In this document: piece after piece, positions 39,268 through 48,197 of the stretch
Numbering within the stretch: the stretch's first letter is position 1
How the letters are laid out: every line of letters begins with the position of its first letter
Assembly (NCBI GenBank): GCA_907165135.1
Contig: OU015566.1
Coordinates: forward strand, 3,658,001 to 3,722,000
Direction: 5' to 3'
Length of the DNA stretch: 64,000 bases
Origin: Oikopleura dioica
Lineage: Eukaryota; Animalia; Chordata
Notes under the pieces: model-generated
The model's input: the letters and a program-made list of their open reading frames with translations, nothing else
Told to the model about the DNA's origin: nothing
Databases searched by the model: none
Program-made: the position numbers and the translations under genes

Positions 39268-39574
39268 TGTTATGCGCTGCCTTGCAATGGTGTATCAATC
39301 TTGCAATAAAAACTAACGCATATTTTGGTATAACGTATTTTGTGTTTTATTTCATGTCTTGCACATGGTATGAAATGAGAACGTTACTGATCTGAAGGAA
39401 GGTGTCTTCCTTATATACTGATCGCTGAGCCCCCAGGCTATCCTACGCTGCATCCCGAGCCATCCAGGTTCTTATTGGTTGATCAATTATGCACGAGGCA
39501 TATCGTCAGGATGGAACGAGATGCTCAGGCTAACCTGGGCACTCAGCTGCATAAACATAAGTTATATCATAACA
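39268..39574 (-). repeat. 3' LTR (307 bp) of the giant retroelement
   Basis: 7-bp terminal inverted repeats TGTTATG (39268-39274) / CATAACA (39568-39574). On the minus strand TATATAA (39417-39411) precedes AATAAA (39351-39346), giving a U3-R-U5 layout. The polypurine tract abuts the LTR. Confidence 0.9.
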
Positions 39575-39587
39575 CTTTACCCTCCTT
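39575..39587 (-). promoter_or_regulatory. Polypurine tract (plus-strand primer) directly upstream of the 3' LTR
   Basis: Minus strand reads AAGGAGGGTAAAG|TGTTATG. Confidence 0.85.
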
Positions 39588-39640
39588 AGGGAATCTGGAA
39601 GAGAGAGACAGGAAAAGAAGTACAGTAAATTTTTAACTGG

Positions 39641-40260
39641 TTAAGCCTCATTGGATTTGGTGCTCGATGCCGACCACTTTCGTCTGTTACGTTGGATTTT
39701 TCGCATTCGTTGTCTGGTCCCTTTTCTAGCCGGAGTTGGCTCCATTTTTGGCAAGCCGGGTTTGACCACGCGTTTGGCGAGGATGATAGTAGAAGCGACC
39801 GCTTTAACGCGGATTTCGATCGCTTGGAGTTTGTCTTGGAGTTCGTTTCTTGGCAATGCTATTGGTCGAAATGGGATCTGACGTCGACCATACTTGGTTT
39901 GGAAAGCATCCGTGAGGTATGCGATCAGTCGGTCTCTGGTTTCATGGAAGGTCATATGGGCGACGATGATGGTTTTTGCGATCCAAGTAGAACGCATTGC
40001 TCGGTTTCTTGTCTTGGGATTTGATTCAGAAAGGCGTCCAGGAAAGCGTCAGAGTTTAAGTTCGGGATGGACCGGTAGGTGATGGCGGAAGCGGTGACTT
40101 TATCGATAAAATCGTACATGGCTTGGACGGGCTGCTCATCACGAAGGGTCATGGTTCCAATGGGTATTTCGATTCCGACCATTCTTGGGAGGAGCAGCGT
40201 TTTTACAATTCGTCGGTTTGACGCGGCTTGGATCGTTTGGATTTCTTTAAGGATTGACAT
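39641..40260 (-). CDS. Unknown ~205-aa protein with basic C-terminal tail; last ORF before the PPT (two ORFs joined by a -1 shift at T5 39973-39977)
   Basis: ORFs 39952-40260 and 39641-39997 overlap in frames differing by -1 at an A5 run. ATG is preceded by TTTTTAG-T. Tail RKGTRQRMRKIQRNRRK. Confidence 0.55.
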
Positions 40261-40483
40261 ACTAAAAATCGGATGTTGGATGAAAGTGGCCTATTTTAAA
40301 GGAGTGAGCGCTATTCATAAGGCATAAAGATTTTGTTTGAAGTTCGAAATAATGGGTACAGACATAAATGGGTGGCAGCTACTATATTCTGGGTGTTTAA
40401 GTTGTTGTTTGTCAGGATCGAGCGGGATTAACTACGTAATTGGTTAGTGTTGGTTTTGTAGCGCCATCGCGTTTATATAGTAA

Positions 40484-41403
40484 TCACCTTTTCCTTCTAT
40501 TCCCTTTCTCTTCTTCCTCCGAGTGTTCGAGGAGTTCTGCGATGTAGATTTGAAGCCGCCGGGTTCCCGCGTTCACAAGTCTTGCTATTTCCTTGACTGA
40601 CTTTGGTCGGTTTATTCGGTCGATATATACGTAGGTGCTGGCGGCGGCGAGCGTTTTTGCTGAGGTTGTGGCTGATGGGGTTTCTTTGCTTATCAGGATG
40701 GCATGCGCTTCGATTTCTTTCGCTTGGTGATTAGTTAATCGAAGCGCAGCTGCTATTCTTTGGATGTAAGGTTTGATTCTGTTTTTAATGTGTGCGTCGA
40801 TTTTTGCTGTTCTGAGGAAGGTATCGAATTTGCGAATCATTCTCTGGGTGATTAGGGAGAGGTGCCAGTTGCCTGGCAGATTTCTTCCAAGCTCAGGTCG
40901 CAGTTCTCTTGCTTACTGGCCAGGTAGAGGCACGCCGCTATTGCCACGGGTTCTGCGCGATTTTGGCGGTGGAAGTACCAAGTTGTTCCCTGTTTTTCTT
41001 TGAGGTATAGCTTTTTGATGAGTTCGTAAGCTCGTAGTTTTGTATTAGTGAGTCCTGAGTATATCAATCGGGCTCCTGCTTCTTCGATGAGGTCTTCACA
41101 TTCCCGAAGGACAGTTTGTAACCTATTTTTCTCGCGGTTGGATAGTTGGGCCTCGTTTGATATGATGCATTCGTCCCCTGTTTCTTCGTTATTCCGGGTG
41201 AAAGTTTTTGGCAAGTTTTCGTTTGGTTTGATGGCCGTCACTCGCATTGATTTTTCTGGGTTGAGTGGTGGGCATCTTTCTCCTACGACAAGTCCGCATA
41301 TTTTGCAGATAAGGTCTCCTGTCACAAGCCTTTCGTCGGCTATGTGCTTTGGGCCATGATATGAGCAGGTAAAGGCGGGAAGAGAGCAGCCTGGAGCAGA
41401 CAT
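40484..41403 (-). CDS. TFIIB-like general transcription factor (Zn ribbon + two cyclin folds), split by a 1-nt shift at 40855-40857
   Basis: CSYH...GDLICKICGLVVGER (TFIIB CPNH...GDMICPECGLVVGDR); AIAACLYLASKQEN..LSLEEIC; second repeat TLAAASTYVY...KSVKEIARLV. Adding one C at TCTCCCTAA fuses 40852-41403 with 40484-40840. Confidence 0.85.
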
Positions 41404-41440
41404 TCTAAAGCGTGTTTCGTTACAATTTGGTAGTCGAATT

Positions 41441-42412
41441 TTACGTCCGCCTGATTTTCCATTGTCTTGACAGAATTCTATGAATTATTTTAATCAGGTA
41501 AAACAGTCCGCCTGTTGCTAGCGTTAGAGTGCCCGCTAGGGTTGCACCGATCATGGTACAGGAGATAAACGTTTTTTCCGTGAATTTGTCGACAGTACAG
41601 ACGGACTCGGATTGGGCACATGCGTGCTGTGCTTTCCAGAAGAAGTAACGCGGGTCAGCAGGATCATATCCAGTTTCCGCGAAATTCCTCGTCTCTTTTT
41701 CTGATAGTATCGCGTATTTATCAATTTTGCAGATAAATGAAGCTGGGGTCTTCAACAGTTGTCCTGCCTTAAGGAGGGTCGTCCAAGGTGTTTCGTGGTT
41801 GTATTGGTGTTTGAGGAGCACAAAATTCATAATTAGAAAAATAAGGTCAATGACGCACAGACTGGTTAGGAACAAGATTCGTTTCCAGTTCGTTGATGGT
41901 GTCGTGATGACCAGGCGATTACCTTTGTATTTTTCTTTGAAGCCTTGCATATGCCCATATTTTGAGCGGAGTTCATTAAGCCTCTTCAGTTGAAATGTCC
42001 AGCTTGGCCGGTCCTGGCGATTTGGCCAGACGATTAATTCTGTCGGTTTTGGGTTTATGTCGTGTTCGAGTAATCGCATAAGCTGTACGTCTTCTGCGGG
42101 TTTCAGGATAAGATGTCCGAGCCCCAGAGTGACGATCCCAATAATGACGAGGTGCCAAGTCCAAAATCTAGTCAGGTTGACTGGTAAAAATTGGTTATAG
42201 CAAACTGAGCTACACAGTTGCTGTTTGGTGCTACATCTGAATCCGCCTGAATCGTTTGAATAAATTTCCGTACCAACTGTTAATAGGACAATACTTCTTA
42301 CCAGCAAAGTTGCGTACCAGACTTTACCGAGGGGACCGAGGTGTGGGAGCAAATCATTGAGCCCAGAAAGCAGCCCACTTGCCTTTTCTCCGATAATTTT
42401 ATGTTTATCCAT
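41441..42412 (-). CDS. Connexin (gap junction protein), intronless, 323 aa
   Basis: LGKVWYATLLVRSIVLL (TM1). EL1 with exact C-x6-C-x3-C: FRCSTKQQLCSSVCYN, then RFW. EL2 FIC...CAQSESVCTVDKFTEKT (cf. PCPNTVDCFISRPTEKT). Four hydrophobic segments. Confidence 0.92.
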   Translation of the reverse strand: MDKHKIIGEKASGLLSGLNDLLPHLGPLGKVWYATLLVRSIVLLTVGTEIYSNDSGGFRCSTKQQLCSSVCYNQFLPVNLTRFWTWHLVIIGIVTLGLGHLILKPAEDVQLMRLLEHDINPKPTELIVWPNRQDRPSWTFQLKRLNELRSKYGHMQGFKEKYKGNRLVITTPSTNWKRILFLTSLCVIDLIFLIMNFVLLKHQYNHETPWTTLLKAGQLLKTPASFICKIDKYAILSEKETRNFAETGYDPADPRYFFWKAQHACAQSESVCTVDKFTEKTFISCTMIGATLAGTLTLATGGLFYLIKIIHRILSRQWKIRRT

Positions 42413-42458
42413 TCTGACTCTGAACAGTTTAAGATTGGAGGGGCTTTAGTTCGAGAGT

Positions 42459-42671
42459 TTATGGAGTTCGGGTAGGTGCAGATGGGATCAAGATTTCTTC
42501 TTCGGGGGCCTCCCGATTCTGGGTTTTACTTATCCCTAGTTTTCGTTTGATCTTGTCGCGGAGAGGAACTCTCCGGGTCACCTGCTCCCTTCCCTCAATC
42601 GTCGGGTCAGCTGGTGTTGCTAGGCAAAGGCACGAGAGCCATTTATGCCAGAATTGCGGAGCGAGATGCAT
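42459..42671 (-). CDS. Small unknown protein with CLC motif and C-terminal PSAP
   Basis: MHLAPQFWHKWLSCLCLAT...EEEILIPSAPTRTP*. ATG at 42671 is preceded by an AG acceptor-like motif. Confidence 0.4.
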   Translation of the reverse strand: MHLAPQFWHKWLSCLCLATPADPTIEGREQVTRRVPLRDKIKRKLGISKTQNREAPEEEILIPSAPTRTP

Positions 42672-42764
42672 AGTCTTTTTCAATCTGAATGTTCGGTATT
42701 GGACTCTCAGTTCCGATTTACTTGCGGTTAATGCGGGCTTAATTATAATTAAAGCTAAGGGATT

Positions 42765-43622
42765 CTAGCGATTAATAGCGCGTCTTGGTCTTGTTTGTAT
42801 GCCACCGTAGGGTACGTGCAGGTTCCCTAGTTTAGCTGCAAGCGCTCTGAAGGTTAAATCTTGGGTTCCGTCGCTGCTCTTATATTTGACAAGGGTATGG
42901 AACTCGGCAGGGCCACAGTTCTGTAGGAGAATAGGGTAAATTATTCTGAGGGCCGCGGCGTCTGATAGTGGTTCTTCGCCAGGTGACTTTTGCAGATCTG
43001 CGCAGAGTCGTCCGAAGAAAATGATCAGGGCTTCGCCTTCTTTGCGTTTTCCGTTTACTTCATTCCCCTTATTATGGTTTTGATGTTTCGCTGAAATACA
43101 TTTCTTCATTCTCTCGATGCAAAGCTCGAGTTTGGTTTTTTCATTCCTATTTAGGCCTTTCTCGAGGTGTGCAAACTCTGGTCTGAGAGTCATAAACAAA
43201 AGACGAGTGAGATCAACATCTAGAAGCCCACATTTTCTTGCGCTGTTGAACCCTTGTCTGTTTCTTGCCACATGTTGTGCGAAGCTGATTTTTTCGTTTG
43301 GTCCCCATACATAGAGCCGGAATTTTTCCTTGGCGTCGAGGTATGGCAAGTCTCGATCGTATACCAGGTTCGTGGTAAGAATCTTCCTCATCCGATCTAC
43401 GCATAGATCAAAATTTGTTTTCTCAATTTCGTCGAGGAGAGTCTCGTAACTCCTTTGTTCTGGTGTCAGTGTTATGAGAAAGAGACTTGTCAATTGTTCG
43501 TCGGAGAGCCCTGCTTTCCGTGCGTCCCGGAATCCTTGTTGGTTCCTCGAGACATGGTTCTCGAAAAAAATGTTTTCGGTAGGAAGCCATACGTAGAGCT
43601 GAAATGTGTTTGTGGAGAGCAT
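42765..43622 (-). CDS. Gag capsid-domain paralog with tandem duplicated N-terminal capsid-like repeat
   Basis: Repeats FQLYVWLPTENIFFENHVSRN...GLSDEQLTSLFLITLTPE and FRLYVWGPNEKISFAQHVARN...GLLDVDLTRLLFMTLRPE match Gag FQLKNWKTEENITYWEHLTRN...GLTDSQMVSLFMLTLRPE. Then KRKEGEALIIFFGRL matches Gag KRRPQESLLAFFIRL. Likely ATG at 43622 (TTTAG-A-ATG). Confidence 0.85.
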   Translation of the reverse strand: MLSTNTFQLYVWLPTENIFFENHVSRNQQGFRDARKAGLSDEQLTSLFLITLTPEQRSYETLLDEIEKTNFDLCVDRMRKILTTNLVYDRDLPYLDAKEKFRLYVWGPNEKISFAQHVARNRQGFNSARKCGLLDVDLTRLLFMTLRPEFAHLEKGLNRNEKTKLELCIERMKKCISAKHQNHNKGNEVNGKRKEGEALIIFFGRLCADLQKSPGEEPLSDAAALRIIYPILLQNCGPAEFHTLVKYKSSDGTQDLTFRALAAKLGNLHVPYGGIQTRPRRAINR

Positions 43623-43694
43623 TCTAAACATCATAGTGCTATCCTTTGGTATATTTTAATTTAGGTGGTTTCTGAATCTGTTGCAACTTCAATC

Positions 43695-44024
43695 TTATAG
43701 GGGGGTGTTGCAGTACTTGCAGTAAGGTCTGTTTGCTAGCCATTTTCGCAGGCACGCATTATGGTAGTAGGCGTAACAGCATGTCATGACCGATATGTCT
43801 TCAGGCAGGTCTTCCTGGCAGAGCCCGCAATCACTTTCGTACTTTTCTACTGCGCTTATCTTGATTTTCTTTGTCAGCATGAGCCTTTCCTCCAATTCTT
43901 CGCCTTCGACTTTCCTGAAGATGATTTTTATTTCAATGAGCGATCCGTCCGGTTCGAGGCGGAAATGTGAGTTGATGTTGTCATATTCTTCCTTCTTTTC
44001 AAGTATATTTACCGCATCGAGCAA
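43695..44024 (-). CDS. RING-finger protein (variant RING-H2); start uncertain (no ATG in frame)
   Basis: CGLCQEDLPEDISVMTCCYAYYHNACLRKWLANRPYCKYC. Confidence 0.7.
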   Translation of the reverse strand: MLDAVNILEKKEEYDNINSHFRLEPDGSLIEIKIIFRKVEGEELEERLMLTKKIKISAVEKYESDCGLCQEDLPEDISVMTCCYAYYHNACLRKWLANRPYCKYCNTPL

Positions 44025-44071
44025 CGATTCGTACTTAACTTTATGTTTCTTTTCCAGCCAATCCTTAATTG

Positions 44072-44539
44072 TTATTGGGATGGTTCCTTTCGGCTTAACC
44101 TAAAGTATTTTCGGGTCATGTTCAATCTGTTCTCGTTTACCGGTAAGATGCATAGTGGGCAAGAATCCTTCCATATGAGCCAGTTTCGTAGACAATGTTG
44201 GTGAAAGAAGTGTCCACAGGTGGGTATAAGGTTTGCTGTTTTGTCAAATTCTTCCAGGCAAATGCGGCAGGGGTCGCCTACCTCTTTTTCCCATTCTGTC
44301 AATTCAATGCGTGAAAGTGAGTCTAAGAGTGCTTGCAGTTCCTCGCACGTGGCTCCTCCTTCAACGAATTGTTGCAAAGTTCTTGTTCCATCTGGGTTGA
44401 TTACTTCTAGGCGCCCTATTTTCTTCGGTGGTGTCATTATTTCTTCCAAGAAACATGGCAGTGTTTGTTCCTTCTGCCTTGAATTATGCGGTGATTCTTC
44501 GTTTTCAGTTTGTGCTGCTTCCTCTTGGTTCTCGTCCAT
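44072..44539 (-). CDS. RING-H2 E3 ubiquitin ligase-like protein
   Basis: CRICLEEF...CGHFFHQHCLRNWLIWKDSCPLC. ATG preceded by TTAAG-T. Confidence 0.9.
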   Translation of the reverse strand: MDENQEEAAQTENEESPHNSRQKEQTLPCFLEEIMTPPKKIGRLEVINPDGTRTLQQFVEGGATCEELQALLDSLSRIELTEWEKEVGDPCRICLEEFDKTANLIPTCGHFFHQHCLRNWLIWKDSCPLCILPVNENRLNMTRKYFRLSRKEPSQ

Positions 44540-44591
44540 ACTTAACAGGGTAAGTTAAGAGTGTCAGAGTTATCTTTTTCTTATTATTATT

Positions 44592-45366
44592 TTATTTTGC
44601 TATGATTTCCTGGCAAATTGGACAGGTATTTTTGTGGAGAAGCCATTTTAGGATGCAGTGAGTGTGGAAAGTGTGCCCGCACGAGGGGAGGAATGAACAG
44701 CACTTGGCCGCGAATTCTTCCATGCAGATGCCGCAAGGGTATTCAAGAGTCTCATGCATGGTGGAATGTCGAAGTGTGTCCTCGCGTCTTTCATATTCGC
44801 GAGTCCCAATTTCTTCAATTGTTTTTTGTTTATGTCTACGCTTCCCATTTGGTATGAGGTATCTTCCTTGGCACTGTCCCCGAATACCTTCTATTTCTCC
44901 TACCCTTGGCTGTGGTCTCATTTTCAATTGATTCCGTCCTTCAAGGTTAACAGAAGTCGGTGCCTTTTTGAAACTGTTCTTTTCTTCTAAAAGCCCGGAC
45001 GTCTTTCTGCCTGTTGGGTCTTTCGGTGGTTCCGTTGATGGAGTAGGCCCCGGTGTTTGGGCGTTTTCATTTGTTTCACCCTGATTAATTTTTTACTTTT
45101 TCCCAACCATCTAGGGCACTTACATGTGCAGAGGTTCGACAGTTACTAAGTTCCATCAAGTGTTTGATTTGGCTGATTGCCCTCTCGTGGTTTGCAACGA
45201 TTTTGAAGAGAATCTCTCCATTGTTGTAACCGGTCTTGTCTACCACGTCTTCTTTTTTCCATTTTCCTATTAGATCGATGAACTTACTGTTGCAATTCGG
45301 GCAATTCCAGGGTTTTCGAATCTCCTCGCAATTCAGGTTACAACCTAAGCAGCGAAAGCTAGCCAT
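44592..45366 (-). CDS. RNF115/RNF126-like protein: N-terminal C4 zinc finger + C-terminal RING-H2, interrupted by a frameshift near the A6 run 45089-45094
   Basis: FRCLGCNLNCEEIRKPWNCPNCNSKFIDLI (cf. RNF126 FFCHCC...YICPRCESGFIEEL). RING CGICMEEF...CGHTFHTHCILKWLLHKNTCPIC. The frame between 45090 and 44927 is open in the RING frame. Confidence 0.7.
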
Positions 45367-45415
45367 CTGAAATCGGGTTCAGGTTAAGATCGGTAACTCT
45401 GATTGTTCAAGCAGT

Positions 45416-45892
45416 CTACTCCCGCCGGGCGGTAATAAAACAGACTATTTTGAGATGCTTCTGAATGGTTTGGGCTGTTGCCAGAATTTGCGCTGTGGAG
45501 AAGTTCCATTGCTGTGCTACTTTCCTCGCCGACATTGGTGTTGGCGAAAATTTGTATGCTAAGTACGCGGATGATGCAGCAATTCTTTTCGGGCTCGCTT
45601 TGATGTTGGGGTGCCAGGCATGGTCGGCTATTTGTCTTGCCCGAGTGATCCAATCCGAATCAGCGAGATGAGCTTGTTGATCGATGTATTTTCTTGCAAT
45701 CTCTAGCTCGTTTTTGGTCTCCTTGTTGAATCGTGTCCGTACTAACGGTGCGGTTTTGTAAATCATCCAATTTGGGCATTTCAGCATTTCTCCGATCGCT
45801 GTTGTTGTTTTTGGCTCTGGCGAAAATTTGTACGCCAAATAAACTGCGCTGGTCACGATACCTTTTGGGGAAAGCTTTGGGTCAGTTGTCAT
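45416..45892 (-). CDS. Second TFIIB-core-like protein (two cyclin-fold repeats, no zinc ribbon); frame open ~37 codons further upstream
   Basis: Internal repeat SPKGIVTSAVYLAYKFSPEPKTTTAIGEML / SPKRIAASSAYLAYKFSPTPMSARKVAQQW resembles TFIIB [31 protein letters not shown]. Confidence 0.65.
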   Translation of the reverse strand: MTTDPKLSPKGIVTSAVYLAYKFSPEPKTTTAIGEMLKCPNWMIYKTAPLVRTRFNKETKNELEIARKYIDQQAHLADSDWITRARQIADHAWHPNIKASPKRIAASSAYLAYKFSPTPMSARKVAQQWNFSTAQILATAQTIQKHLKIVCFITARRE

Positions 45893-46422
45893 TACTCGTT
45901 TAACGACAAGTTTGGCATAATTGTAGATTTGGTTCGGAAGGAGGTGCTTGTAGGATTTGAGTAGCTCGAGATGAACGGATTCCTCCTTAGGGAAGATTAG
46001 CTCTTATCATTTTGTTTATTTACCTTTATTTCCGGCTCGGTTTTTTGGAGCTAGGTTCGAATCTCTTGGGGAGCTCATTTTCAATCTTGAAAGAAATCTT
46101 ATTAATTCCGGTTTTCAGTGATAATTCCTTATAATCGATTGGTGTTTTCAGATGTGGTTGTTGGGTATGGTTGTAGGAGGGGGATGGTTAGCCCGGAAAT
46201 ACATATGGTTCAGGGTTATTGAAAGGCAGGTGGGAAGACTGTTTCGAAGAATTTGTCTACGTTTCCGTCTCCGATGAGATTCTCCGTTGGCATCTGGATT
46301 GGTTGTTCCCTTGTTGTCGGCTGGATTTGAGTGGTGTGTTGCCCGGGGAAAATTTGTGTTGTCTGAGTTGTTGGTCCCGGAATTGCTACAGACGGATCCA
46401 TTCGGGCGATTTTCTAGATTGT

Positions 46423-47037
46423 TTAATTTCGGGACACATCTTGCAAGCTTACCTTCGGTGGCTCCGCGCCTACGCCCTGTCTGGGTAGTTTCTGTCGTCT
46501 CATCATGAGATTGAAGTACAGGTGTGCGAATATTGTTTTAGGGCTCCAGTAAGCCGGTGTTTGTACGTTTGCCAATCGAGGAAACACGACTTGCACTATT
46601 TTTCGATAGCCTTCCTCGTGAAGAGGTGAGTGACCGTGGCTTTTCATAAAGCCTATCGCGGTTCCCATTAGAAGTCCTCCTTGTTCTGCAGGCAGGTCTC
46701 GACCCTCGGACAATTCTTCGAGGGTTTGCTTCACTGCCTCTATCATAGCGTCGATCCCAATTTTGCTACCGAGGAATTTGTCTTGAGTTCCTCCGCATCC
46801 TTCCCCGAATGCTCTACCACGGTCAAGTCCCTTCGCGGCGAGCTCCTCTTTGGGCATTGCAGTTGGTTGATTCATGACAAGGGAGAGGATGTAATTTCCT
46901 CCGGTTTGCTTCATTCTTAAATTACTTTTTGTCAGCAAATGCTTTCTAAAAGACGTTGACTTGTTTAAGACGGAAGGAAATGAGTTCGGGGAAGTATTAT
47001 CCAGCTTTTCTCTTATCGCTGGGAAAGTGTCAGACAT
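46423..47037 (-). CDS. Unknown 204-aa protein
   Basis: Clean ATG-stop ORF co-oriented in the cassette. No motif recognised. Confidence 0.55.
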   Translation of the reverse strand: MSDTFPAIREKLDNTSPNSFPSVLNKSTSFRKHLLTKSNLRMKQTGGNYILSLVMNQPTAMPKEELAAKGLDRGRAFGEGCGGTQDKFLGSKIGIDAMIEAVKQTLEELSEGRDLPAEQGGLLMGTAIGFMKSHGHSPLHEEGYRKIVQVVFPRLANVQTPAYWSPKTIFAHLYFNLMMRRQKLPRQGVGAEPPKVSLQDVSRN

Positions 47038-47570
47038 GCAGGTTTAACAGGTTTTTTCGGGTATCTTCCAGTGATTCTTCATTTTTTATTTTTGTGTACG
47101 CCTCTTCGATGATTGCCGGAATCGATTCTATTCCCGTGTTTACGTCGCGAGCGAATTCCTTGGCGACCGCTGGTTCTTGAACATTGATGCTCCCAATTTC
47201 TTTGATGATCGCGCGATCAAAACCTTCTTTTTTGCCAAGGGCTTTTCAACTTTCTTTGCATAGTTCGGAATGCGATCAGCAGTGCGAGGTCCTTGGTGGA
47301 AGACAAAGTTGTTGTCGCTAGTCGTTGTCTCGGCAGTTTCGCTATTGTTGCTTGTTCCTGCCAAGTTTGGGATCTTAGCCATAGTTCGGCTTTCTGGTTT
47401 ACCAAATGAACGGCGTCTCTCAGGGGACGCTGCCATTCTTCTTCAGCATTGAAACCAATCAACTTCGGTTTCCCCAGGATTTCTCGTACGATAATTTCTT
47501 GGAAGGAGGAAAGCTTGATCGCGTCTTCCGCTGTTCCAATGATAATATTGTCAATTTTTGCCTGTTCCAT
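47030..47570 (-). CDS. Unknown family X protein, copy 1 (probably extended past 47217 by a -1 shift at T6 47228-47233)
   Basis: Ungapped by-eye alignment with 58393-58752 (GT....I.LS.F.E...R.IL.KP...EEW..P...AV...E.WL..QT...LA...L.ST.DL...IAFR..QR.L). The -1 frame continues EGFDRAIIKEIG...LHV*. Confidence 0.6.
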
Positions 47571-47629
47571 TTGTTCTTAAAAGAAGGAACAATTACTCAA
47601 TTTGCTCTTTAGCTTCTTATAATTCGTGG

Positions 47630-48163
47630 TTAGAAGAAACGCAGTGGGACTGTTTGGTTGCAGTACGGACAGCGCGAGCAGCGTGGTTGGTTTAACCACT
47701 TGCGAATACAACCTTGATGAAAAACATGATTACAACGTAGGCAAGCAAGGTTGTTGAAGAGTCCTTCCTGGCATATTGCGCAGATGTCCACTTCCTTTTG
47801 GCGTTGCTTGTCCACGGGAAAGTCCTTACCGCCTTCCTTTTCGGTTCTTAGCTTCTCTTTGGGCGAGGAGGGCGTCGGAATGCGGAATCGCATCATCTTA
47901 AATACGTGATTCATTAAGCCGCTCTATTTTTTCTGTTTGCTCTTTACCAGGTCGGTGTTTAAGGACTTAAGCTTCTCCCAGTGCCTTTTCTCTATCGTCA
48001 GAGTCCACTTGATTTGTCCCAGGGTGGTCCAGTTTGTATTTGAATCTCGTGTGCTGGCTCGATCATTGATTATTTCGATGAAATCGCTATTGCAATTTCT
48101 ACAGCCGTCTTCGAAATTTATGGACGCCCATTGAGTGTTGCAATAAGCGCATCTGTACCGCAT
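47630..48163 (-). CDS. Second RNF115/RNF126-like zinc finger + RING-H2 protein, with one in-frame TAG at 47924-47926
   Basis: MRYRCAYCNTQW...GCRNCNSDFIEII; same frame continues TAG AGC GGC TTA ATG into CAICQEGL...CNHVFHQGCIRKWLNQPRCSRCPYC. ATG preceded by CCTTCAG. Confidence 0.75.
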
Positions 48164-48197
48164 CTGAAGGGAGCCTGTTACCTATTCACGTCTTTTA

